A stretch of DNA of 64,000 nt from positions 56,422,001 to 56,486,000 of the forward strand of contig NW_024704743.1 of the NCBI RefSeq assembly GCF_018977255.1, read 5' to 3'. The notes below the pieces were generated by a model. That model saw nothing but the letters and a program-made list of their open reading frames with translations. It was not told the DNA's origin and ran no database searches. Shown in pieces: positions 25,595 to 36,340 of the stretch. The stretch comes from Callorhinchus milii. Lineage: Eukaryota. A program made the position numbers and the translations under genes. Each line of letters starts with the position of its first letter. Within the stretch, counting starts at the first letter, position 1.

Positions 25595-25639
25595 ATGGAC
25601 GGATTCTACGATCAGCAAGTGCCTTACATGGTAACTTCT
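25595..25639 (+). CDS. ETV1: ETV1 first coding exon, coding part (MDGFYDQQVPYMVTS); exon probably starts at 25510
   Basis: Matches the ETV1 N-terminus MDGFYDQQVPYMVT. Donor gtgagt at 25640 (phase 0). Acceptor tttttag ends at 25509 after a long CT tract. Confidence 0.96.
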
Positions 25640-25751
25640 GTGAGTGAAGTCGCAAGTGGATGGATTGGAAGTTGGCAGGCGCTGTGATTTGGGTTCTTCT
25701 CTCTTTTTTTTTTGCTATTCACTTGTGCGTTATTCATATTATTTTTTTTTT

Positions 25752-25814
25752 GGGTGGGGGGGTGGTCGGGGGTGGGGGGGTGGTCGGGGGTGGGGGGGGG
25801 TGGGGGGGGGGGGT
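25752..25814 (+). repeat. G-tract array with G-quadruplex potential in the intron after the ATG exon
   Basis: Multiple runs of 3-12 G separated by t or tggtc spacers. Confidence 0.85.
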
Positions 25815-26798
25815 GTCGGTTGGAAATCATCACTCAGCAACTCATTTGATCTGTTGCAGCGAGTAAAAGAGAGCAGGGCTGGTAGATGCTTTGGTGGGTG
25901 CCTGACCCCCACCCACCCACTCCCCCAACTCCCCTTTTTCTCGCAATTGCATCAAGTTTTCAGTGGTGTTGGGGGGTGAGAGGAATAAACGCACAAGTGC
26001 AAAGTGCTGTATCTCAACCACCTCTCCCTCTCCCTCTCCCCCCCACACACACACACACATAAAACAAGTAAGAAATAAACACGACTGATCGCAAAGCGTG
26101 GCTCAAGATAAGCAGACACCCCCCCCCCACTCCCCCTCTCAGCAGCAAAAAGGCTGCAGAATCATTGAATATAACACAGTTCCTTAATAAGCGAACGGGA
26201 CCGTCTGTGGTGGACGCACTGCCCCACATACAGCGCCGGAGCAGAGGAGGAAACGCAGCGCGCACTTTGCTTCCTCAGCTGTTTCTGTTCGATCACTCTT
26301 CTCCCTTTTGCACACACACACACACACACACACGAGCCACAGATTTGAAGATCCGCTCCTTCCACTTAAGTGTTGTGAATTATACATTGAGCGGTTTTGG
26401 AGATCCCGCAGTTTATGCTCTTTCTCTCTCTCTCTCACTCACACACACACACTCACACACACACACACACTCTCTGCCTATTCAGTGCATTTCAGTCTGA
26501 TCAGTAACAAGTACTTTGTAAGAGATTGGGGGGTGAAAGCCACACTGCTGACTCTGGACACTTTTTTGTTTCTTTACGATTACATTTACTGCTCTGGGGT
26601 GGGGTGGGGGTCAGACACCGGGCAGATAGAGTTGTCTGCACACGACAGGTTGATGTTAGGAGTCTTATCCATCCCTGTCTCAGTCCCCCCCATCCACCCA
26701 TCCATCCATCCATCCTCCCCAAAATTGCCTTATTTTAATGTGCTTTCCCGGAGCAGGTGCGCGCGTCTTATTTTAACAAACTCTTCTGTTTTCTGTAG

Positions 26799-26886
26799 AA
26801 ACCGCAAGGAGGGAAAGGTAGTGAAAGATCCACAAGTGAGAGGAAAAGGAAATTCATTGACACAGACTTAGCTCAAGATTCGGAAG
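26799..26886 (+). CDS. ETV1: ETV1 coding exon 2 (KPQGGKGSERSTSERKRKFIDTDLAQDSE), 88 nt
   Basis: Acceptor ttttctgtag, donor gtaacg. The RKRKF..DLA.DSE motif is typical of PEA3-group ETS factors, and the frame continues from the previous exon. Confidence 0.94.
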
Positions 26887-26896
26887 GTAACGTTAT

Positions 26897-27110
26897 CCCC
26901 CACACACACACCCCCCACACACACACACACCCCCACACACCCCCACACACACCACACCCCACACCACCCCCCCCCCCACACACACCAACCCACACCACCC
27001 CCCCCCCCCCACACCACCCCACACACACCCCCCACCACACACCCCCCCCACACACACACACCCCCACACACACCCCACCACACCCCACACACACCCCACA
27101 CACCAACCCC
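26897..27110. repeat. C/CA-rich low-complexity tract directly after ETV1 coding exon 2
   Basis: About 210 nt composed almost entirely of C and A. Confidence 0.9.
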
Positions 27111-27850
27111 CAGAGGAAAAAAAAAGGTTAAAAAGATTCATTGCAAAAAAAAAAACTCTTTGATTTCGTCTGTTCCCTTTATCTTTCCCTCACCCACTAC
27201 TTTGATTCTATAGTTAGTACTTTGACTATTCATATAAAAAACACGTTTCCTCTGTCACTGGTATTTGTATTCCCAAATCTCTCCTTTGCAGTTGGACTAC
27301 ACACAAGAAAAAAAATATGCCAACTAATGCCTTTCAGGACAAGGGTTTTAAACACAAATCCGCCTGCATGATATTTTCCCTTTATCCTGCAAACGATAAA
27401 GGAGGCTTTATGGGGCATTTTGGCACAATTTGCTGCATGTTGGAGATCTGTTACTCCTGCTTGGGTTCTGTTTTCTTTAAGATCTGTTGTAGTTTAGGCA
27501 TTGCTGCAGAATAAGCAAATGGGATCCCCCTCCACCCCTCCTAAACACCCCACAGTGGCCGCTTAAATCTGCTGCTGTGACATTCATACCATGATACTTG
27601 TGTTTGATTCCGGACTGATAGGATCACATGCTGCCCAGAAATCTCTCCCTGTGTGTGTGTGTGTGTGTGTTATGTGCTTCAGAGGGGGAAAGAGTTTTAA
27701 AATCCGATTGCAAGCGATTTAGATCTGCTCATTTTTATGACTGGTTTAGGACAGTGATTCGATTGCTGTACATTGCACCAGAAACATAGTTCCTGGATGT
27801 TTTAATGCCAAGTAGCTGAGAAGCCCTTTTTTTAAAAAAAAATGTGTGTG

Positions 27851-27897
<47 letters not shown>

Positions 27898-27970
27898 ACG
27901 TATCTTTTGTTCTGTGTAAGAAAATAGTTTGCTCATGTTGCAAATGACTCTCACTCCTCTTATCTTGCAG

Positions 27971-28018
27971 AACTCTTTCAGGATTTGAGCCAGCTTCAGG
28001 AAACTTGGCTTGCAGAAG
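27971..28018 (+). CDS. ETV1: ETV1 coding exon 3 (ELFQDLSQLQETWLAE), 48 nt, acidic activation domain
   Basis: Acceptor tcttgcag, donor gtaaga, phase 1-1. Peptide identical to the recalled ETV1 acidic domain. Confidence 0.97.
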
Positions 28019-28149
28019 GTAAGAATATGCTATCCCCTGACACAACACAACAAAAAAAAATCTGCAGGAGGGAGGGAGGGAGAGAGAGAGAGAGAGAGAG
28101 TGAGTTGGGTATGGGGGGGTGGTGGTGGTGGTGGTGGGGGGGACAATTG

Positions 28150-28576
28150 CAACGCCTAAAGTTGCGTTCCTAACGTGAAGCCCAATTAATTGAGCTCTAA
28201 AAGAGCCACCTCATGTGTCATGCATACATTAGAGGCTGTGATTAGTCTGCCTTGGGGAACTCAGGGTTGATCTTCCCAGTGTCATCACAGATTACCAGGA
28301 GAAATTGCTTCCAGCTTACAATCACATCTGCTTTTGGGGAACGATCTACAGCACCGAGCCTGCGAGACTTGAAGTTTGAAAGCACCGTCCAGTTTGACTG
28401 GCGATGGTCGTTCTTGATCGGTTTTCACTGCTGCAGGATTTTTTTTAGAGCGTGAATTATTAAGAAACCAGGCTGTCTCTTGAGCTCGAATGGTGCCAAC
28501 AAGGAGCTTTGATGTTCTTTAGGTGTTGTTTTCTGATGGCAAATAGTGTTTATATTCCTCGATTCATCGCGACGGG
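28150..28576 (+). promoter_or_regulatory. ETV1: Putative internal ETV1 promoter and 5' UTR of the alternative first exon
   Basis: Transposon-free, CpG-containing sequence directly upstream of the alternative ATG. Includes the palindrome CAATTAATTG and an E-box CATGTG. Confidence 0.55.
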
Positions 28577-28637
28577 ATGCTTCAGGATTTGAGTGCAAGT
28601 GTCTTTTATCCAGCTTGCTCACAGCACAGAAGTTTAG
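28577..28637 (+). CDS. ETV1: ETV1 alternative first coding exon (MLQDLSASVFYPACSQHRSL)
   Basis: ATG in gggATGc context, 20 codons plus 1 nt, donor G|gtttgt at 28638. Phase 1 is compatible with exons 36287 and 58762. Resembles the recalled N-terminus of a shorter mammalian ETV1 isoform (MLQDLSASVFFPPCSQHRTL). Confidence 0.85.
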
Positions 28638-31600
28638 GTTTGTAGTTGACCTGTATTCTCAGACTATTGTGTGTGCTTTTCTCTCTTTTTTTAAAAAAAA
28701 GAACAGAGAGATGGGCCAGTCATTTTATTTTTGTTCAAATGTTTTGGTAGACCTAAAATGATCAAGTTTGAAAATATTTTCAAAGTGCTTTTGCAGTGAT
28801 CTGAGCAAGTCTTCCGATCTGCCCAAAGCTGCTTTAAAATGTTTCAGTGCAATTGAAGGAGCACCAACCTGCTTTGTGTAAGGAAATATCAGTGCTTTAT
28901 TTTTGGAGGTGGCTGTAAAAGTATCTCTAATGTAACAGTCAGTGTATATTATTCATTGGATAAAAGTATTGTTGCAATGAATAAGAGGATTCATTTGGTT
29001 TTTTTTCTGTTTTAGCTATGATTTGCATAGCTCTCGATGTGAAAGGTGTTATATGAATGCAATTTGTGGTTGTATTTTATTATGATTTGAACCACTATTT
29101 CCATTTTCAGTGTAGTGTACTAATATTACTTCAAATTGCTGCAGAGACTATGTGCTTACGATAGCGTGTTCCAGTTTTATTGATCATTTGTTCGAAATTA
29201 ACTTAATTTTACTATTTGATCTGCTTAAACTGATCCTTATATGTACGCTGGGCATCAAGTGGGATAAGATTTATAGCAGCATTGTATGTGCGCATATCAC
29301 ACACAGGTATAATGATAATATTTGAAAACTATTCTAAAATGTAATGACTGACAGCAATATTCAAACTCTAGTTAAAAAAGTTTATTTTTGCTTTTTTCTC
29401 ACAAAATCAAGTGTAATGTTTACCTTAAATGTTAAGCGATCATTTAATTTTAATGGACCTGTTTTGCTAAGTATATTTGTTTCCACTAAATGTGATGGAT
29501 AGCTTTAGAAGTCTATTTCGACCAGCACTTGGACAGTGACATGTAAATGCTTGAGTACCAAAAGCTCAGGCGACTTGCTTCAAATAGACATTTTTTTCTG
29601 CCTTTCCATAGGTCTGTGTAGCTTGACCAGGTATTTGAAAGTGTCTAATATATTTCAAAACACAAGTTTTGCAAACAGCGGAATGCATTACATTTCCGCA
29701 ATCTTAATGATAAGTTAAATGTGCCAAGCTTGTCTCTCTCTGTGTTCTAGTACTAAGTGAATCTTTATTAATGCTTAGCTGAACTAAAATGAGATAATAG
29801 GTTTGCAAGGTTCCTGTTTATTTCTTTTTGTTACTAAGGCAGCTGGGAATGTGATAGCTTTTTCTTTCCTTAGTAAGAAAATACTACAAAAAAATCCAAA
29901 TTGCCTTTAATTCAGATTTGGATAATTTCTGCCACTGTATGATGTCTAGAATTGTGTTGTGGAATAGACAATCGCATGGTTAATACGCAGGAAGTAGCCT
30001 TATTTTACTCTTCTAAATTTCAGGCACTTTCAAAATAGTTATATAGAAAGCTCTCTTAATTACCATTTTCACAACAAAAAATGCAATAAATTGTGGGAGG
30101 GAAATCATGTTATCTATGTTTATACAAAGTATTAAAAATCAAGATTAAAATTTGTTTTGTTGACAAGGCTGTAATGGAATGCAGATATTGTGGGAGGTAT
30201 GATTTGTTTCGATAAGAAAATTATCATTGTTTTAACACTGACACTGTTTAATACTCATTGCTTTCTACAACCTGCCCTTCCAACAGATTCGATTTAGAAA
30301 GTATCTGTATTTCTGAATATCATATTCCTAATATGTAATGTTATCTGTGCACTATTTGTTCTTCAAGTAAAGTTAGTAAACAGTGCAGGGATTGCCATGG
30401 ATCACTGTACTGGAGATAGATAGGAAGTAACTAAATATGCACAATAATTTGAGAACCGGGGCATGAATTTTGCACAGCCCAAGGAATAAATCCATTTTAA
30501 GAACAACCAAAAGAAACAGTTGAGATCATGTGAGAACTTGTACCATTATTGTAAGAAAAGAGAACCATATGTGACTTCTCCATTGTTTGCTTCCTTTTGT
30601 AAAATGCGCAGATGTTTATTTGGAAAAAATGTTGTGGAAACTTTAGAAAGTGTGTTTTTGTGGGGAAGAGAAGGGGAATTGTAAGTTTCACTGCTGAAAA
30701 ATAACCTATCTCCTTAGGAATTCATGTGATCTGTGTTTGAGTTTAGCATAGCCGTGTGCATTGGTATAAATGGTCCATTTATTGGTTCCTGGCAAATAAC
30801 AGTAACAAAACTAAGACAAATTCCACTACTTCTGAATCATTTTAGTAATGTTGTACTTTGTTTTAAAAACAAATGAAAAATCTCACCTTCTGGTTGTTTT
30901 CCCATCTCTACACTGTCTTCCTTCAGCCAGTTATATCAGGACAGATTGTACCATGCACTCTCTACTCCTGCTATCAATTTCCATTTTGTATCAGCTGACC
31001 AGAAGATATGCTTAAGTGCTTTACAGAAAGTGTCTGACTGATGCTTTTATGGGAGACCTGGGATTGAATGCAACTCAGACTGAATGAATGAAAGTTTCTA
31101 TGTTCTGCTAGTTACAAGAAGAGTTGTACAGGATGTAAATATATAGTTTGAAATCAGTTTCTTGTGGTCGTATAGTCCCATAGCACAAAGTTACCAATAC
31201 ATTGGCTTTTATTTAGGAGTACTATTAAAAAAAACTTAGAAGCTGTTTCTGAACACCGATAGCTGACACCTCGGTGAGCCCAAAAATTCACCAACATAAA
31301 TGTTTTAAAAATATCGATTCTTGTATTGTCACTGAGTTACACCTTGGGTTAGAACTGTCAAACCATGTCCTTACTGAACGACCAAATTCACATATGGTTG
31401 TGATTCAACTATGAGCTATCTGATTCCGAGGCGAACCTCTGATCTGCAAAATCTATTATACAAATAACCACTTTCAATTATTTGAATATTCACCAGGCTC
31501 ACAACATAGTGGGTCGCAACGCTGCACTTTTTTCACACGCACAAAGATAGTTTTTTTATTTTTCAACAGTACTTTTTCAAATAGTTTATGGAGCGCATGA

Positions 31601-32914
31601 TGCAAAGTTCTGATAGGCCTAAGCAAGTATGTAATTGCTACAGAGGGTGATTGTTCAAGGTAAATAAATGTAAAATGGTGAGTTCATGTTTACACAGATA
31701 GTTCAAGTTTACTTCCCTTTTTCTTCCTCCACCTCAGTCTAAAGGGTGTGACGTGGTCTTTGTGGTTTGACCACGGACTTGAGAGTGGCCATTTTTTTAA
31801 GGGAGGTGGGGCTTAGCTTTGACTGTGTAATTGTTGTGAGGATCAGTTTGCTCGCTCGCTCACTCACTCGCTCACTGTCAGTGCGAATGACTCACAGATT
31901 GTTTTTCTTAAAATTTGACTGTTAAATTGCTCCCTGTGCACATTTGTAGATTCATAACCTTTATGGTGTGTTTTCCATTTATTCAAATTACTCCTTTCTC
32001 CTTTTAAACAGAGATACCAGTTGGCACAAGCTTCAATTAACCCTTTCCTGCTTGATTTAATCTGTAGGGAGTTAACAAGATCATTTTTGCACATCCAATT
32101 GCAGTCATTGCCATTTATTGTTTTCAACTGGCTGTAATTGTGTGAAAACTGCCCTTATTGCGGCACTGAATGGGTATTCAGCACACCAGCACTGTGTTAA
32201 GTTTTCACCTATGATTTCACAAGATTGACAAGACAAGAGTAAACCAAGTCCTAAATCGCTGAAATGTGTATAAGCTCATTTGAGCAATAATAATCTGATC
32301 CAGCATCTTTCACATTGGGAGGATGTCTCAAAGCTGTTCACAGGATTTACTGTGAAGTGTGGTGACTGTATATTGGTTGGTAAATTTGTAATTAAAAGAA
32401 ACTCCACAAACTGATCTGTCCATTTAGGGTTTCAGTTTTTTTGATATAGAATTTTCCTTCCGCAAACTAACCTGAACAGATATGATTGAAGTTTGTTTTT
32501 GGTTCAGCCAGATTTAATGAACACGGGTTTAATTTTCGCTCCACGTCCTTTTTAAAGTTGATGCGTAAATCGTGCTAGTTTTTTTTGAGCATTTAAAGCA
32601 TTTAACTTACTCAAAACTAAAAGAGTAAATGGGCTTTATTTGTGCAACAGCATTGGTAACATCGCTTTAAAAAGTTACTTTCAATGATATGGCAGCCCTG
32701 AATTGTATAAAATATAATTAGAGAGAATTCTGTAAACCATTTCATAATTCGTAGCGTTGTTCCGAATGGATTTAAATCTTGGAACATTTTCTGTGTTATT
32801 TGTCTGTTGAAATTCTGCTGACATTCATATAATTGGGGTTGCACGAGGGTTCAATCATGGTGGAATGGGCAAAGACACAACTCGGAGTAGCATTAAGCCA
32901 TAGAAACCGCATGG

Positions 32915-33225
32915 ATATAGTCTTGAATCTTGGTCATTGCTGAGTTATCTGATTTTAGCTGGAATGGCAATAGAAGCTTTACAATTGGTCTTATGCCACT
33001 GGGCTAAAGGAAGATATAATTTAGCCTGTATTCCTGTTCCTGATCTCTACCCTGTGACCGTGCTGTAAACTGTGCGTGGATATTGGCTGTGATGGATTTC
33101 ACAGTCAAACAGCGTGCCAATGCTTGCTATCTAGGCTCACCCATTTTGGCAGGGTAATGGAGGGCAGCCGGCACCCGTGGAACAGTATCCCAGCATGATT
33201 CGCCACCTTCAGTAGGAGAGAAAAA
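32915..33225 (+). mobile_element. Ancient SINE, AmnSINE2-like; fragments also near 17160, 22470, 22970, 46730, 47700, 48160
   Basis: gctgagttatctgat...tacaattgg...ttcctgttcctgatc...ctaggctcac...ggagggcagccggcacccgtggaacagtatcccagcatg recurs in degenerate form across the window. The family name is from recalled consensus only. Confidence 0.55.
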
Positions 33226-36200
33226 GTGGTGTAAATTGGCAACAAAAAAAATCTTAAGCGGTGACATATTCTCTCCTATCTTATTTCAATTTTATAGACA
33301 TCAGTGCAATAGATGAAGCAACAACCATTTATTCAAAGCAAGGAGGGCTATTCATATTAAGTACTCTGCGCTTATTAAAAATTTTCAATTGAACCAGACC
33401 CTGGGCTAATCCAGTGTATAATGGTTGCAAAAATGTGTACAGTCTTTGATGTTGAAAATATTCCAGTATTTCTATGAATTTTTCAAAAAGAAATGATAGT
33501 ACAAATTTGCAGTTCTATAAGCAAACGCCTAACAACATTAATTTATCAGTCTAGGCATCAAACTTTTTAGTAATGGACTAAAGGATTTGTAACTGTTGAA
33601 TCCTTCAGTAAATAGCGTTCTCATACTGACTGACTAGATCGACTTCGATCACTGCTGATTGTTGCCAGACTCCTTTAGCCGCAAATACACCCGTGTTTCA
33701 CTTCATAGAATGTCATAATGAGATTGGTGTCCAAGACATATTCCGATGAGTTACTGTAAGATTCCTTTTTTTTGTATATGCAAGTACCTGTGAATTAAAT
33801 CCGCGTGGTTAGAATTGTAAATTTCATGTTGTAATACACAGTGGTAATGTCAGTAAATGTACTGACGAGTGTAGAATCACTCTTGTTTGTCTTCAAGTTT
33901 TTCCCCCCAAATATTAGGTCCGAACCTGGATCTGAAGGCCATATTTTATCATTATTAATGATACCTGATAATAACCCTTGCACTTTTGATATAGCGCCTT
34001 TTCATCTCAACAACAACAAAATTACATTTATAGAACGCCTTTCACATCGGGAGGACGTCCGACGTGAAAGGCAGGAAGATTTCTCAATACCGGGAAGATA
34101 TCGGCAAGATTTCTCAATACGCTTCACAGAATTTACTGTAAAATGTAGTAACCGTATTTGTATGCAGATAATTTGACCAAAACAGCCATATTGAACCACT
34201 TATGCATTAATCCGTGACTAAATTTGTGCTCTCACACTGAATGCTGCATTCCCATAAATTATTTAGCATTTTGTCTGTGCACAGGTTCTGTAAAAGTCAG
34301 GAATTTTTTAAAAAACATTTGAAGCATTATAGAATCTACTATTGAACTAAATTTACACGGCTTAAAAATCAATCCATTCAAGAAAGAACACATATTCACT
34401 TTAAGATAGAATCATTACTTACAATATGTTTAGCTGCTTATTTTGCCCCTCTGTGATATTGGTCTGAATGACTAAAATTAATGCAAGACACAGGAGCACA
34501 ATTAAATTTCATTAAGTTAATGGGGAATCTCAGTGATGGTCTGTCTGAGTTTCCCAACTTTTCCTCATTTTAGCGGCATTTGCTGCTGATATCCTTAAAC
34601 ATATTGTTCAATCCACTGAGGAATGTATATTATTGCACATATTGCAATATGTGAATCTTCGTATTGCTTGAGAATCCGCAACATAAACCATTAGTGTGGA
34701 ATTAAGACTTTGAAGGGTTTGCGAATATGAGATGCTATTGGACTTTTCAGCGATGCTACACAAAATGGCTAGATATTTAGAACTGGTTCTAAGTCTGCTG
34801 TTTGTATACCCCTTATTACGACTTTATGTATACCCTCAAAGAGATGATAATGGAGCAGCAGCTCCCATTAATCTTCCCCATCTTTAGAGAAGGGAATTTC
34901 TTCTGGTATCCTGGCCAACAATTGCCTAAAATGAAAAATTGTCATTAATTTCATTACTGTTTGTGGAATATTGCTATGTGCAATTTGGCTGCCACGTTTT
35001 CTTGCAAAATACTCAGTCACTACAATCCACAGTAAAATCCTGTAAAGTGCTTTGAGGCCTTCTCCCAACATGAAAGGCGCTAGACCAAACACAATTATTA
35101 TTATTATTACTATTTCCTTTCAAATGGCAATTTTGACCAGTTCCAATAAATGGAAACTGGAAAAAATCCCACCTATGCAGCAGAACTTTACATTTCTGCT
35201 ACATAGATTCTATACAAATGTAATTTTGTATTGTATTTTTGTATGTGACATGGCTTGGCTACAATCCACAAAGTTTGGGAATTAGTGTGGATTGTGGCTT
35301 ATTTTAAGGTTCTTCTGCAGCATACTCAGAATTACATGTGATAGTCTTTTTACACTACTTGTTAACATCCATACGGAGTATCATTGTGTCCCAAAAGGGT
35401 GGGTTTCATGTCCCTTCATCCTTTTATACAGTAAATACAGTATTTTTTTTTTAAACCCCTCTCCTTTTGAGCTTCGTCACACAGGTTCAAAGCCCATAAC
35501 TGGCTTCATGTTTTCCATTTTTTTTTACAACGCTAATATTTACGAATCAACCATCAAGCTAGTAAACTGTTGCCGAAAATCGACCTCGGTGTATCAATAT
35601 ATCTGCCACCGAATGCTGTCTCCTAAGTTGAATGTTGCAGTAAGTATCAGTAGCTGGGGTCCTGTGTTATAATCTCGATCCCGTAGTCCATGTATAATGA
35701 GCCCCACTGAAAGTGACAAGAAAATCAAAATAATTTGCCCTTTATAACCCTCCCTGTTTCACAGCCTCTTGACTTGTATTGCGCAAAGTCGCACATTAAT
35801 GCATGAGATTAGTTATAGGCTGTGTTTCTTCCTTACGGCTTCAGGTTATATTTACAGTATCATTTCTAATGCAATTTGAATCCGTTAGTTAAATCAATCC
35901 TCTGTGTAAGTTTACAAATGACACTTGTGATGATTCTTTCGCTAGGAAAACCAACATTTCTACACTAAACATATTAAAAGTTGGATTTTATGTGGTCAAA
36001 GGCATTTTCTTACATAACAAGGGTGTATTTGATAAAGCATCTTAACATGTCAAAACATCTGAAAGCACCTCACACATTGAGTGTTATTTAATGCAATACT
36101 TTTCGTTATTGAGACACTGCTGCCCTAACAGGCAGTCTTGGTGCATTGAATATCCAGCTAGTCAGCAGCTAGTTATTCAAAAATAAAAACAGCTTTTTGT

Positions 36201-36286
36201 TTCTGTGAAAAAAAGTTTGCCATTGAAACATCAAATTATTTTGTTAAAATTCCATCTCTTTACGTTTTATTTTCTTTTCTCAACAG

Positions 36287-36340
36287 CTCAGGTCCCTGAC
36301 AATGATGAACAGTTTGTGCCAGACTTCCAGTCTGAAAACT
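36287..36340 (+). CDS. ETV1: ETV1 coding exon 4 (AQVPDNDEQFVPDFQSEN), 54 nt, symmetric phase 1-1
   Basis: Long pyrimidine tract ending caacag, donor gtaagt. The DNDEQFVPD sequence is ETV1-type and carries the VP motifs (V63-P64, V71-P72) known as COP1 degrons. Confidence 0.97.

Noticed and set aside
25624..27141. Many Gly/Val/Cys- or His/Thr-rich ORFs
   Set aside because: Artefacts of G-tracts and CA/CT microsatellites. The only real coding part is 26799-26886, plus the end of the ATG exon.
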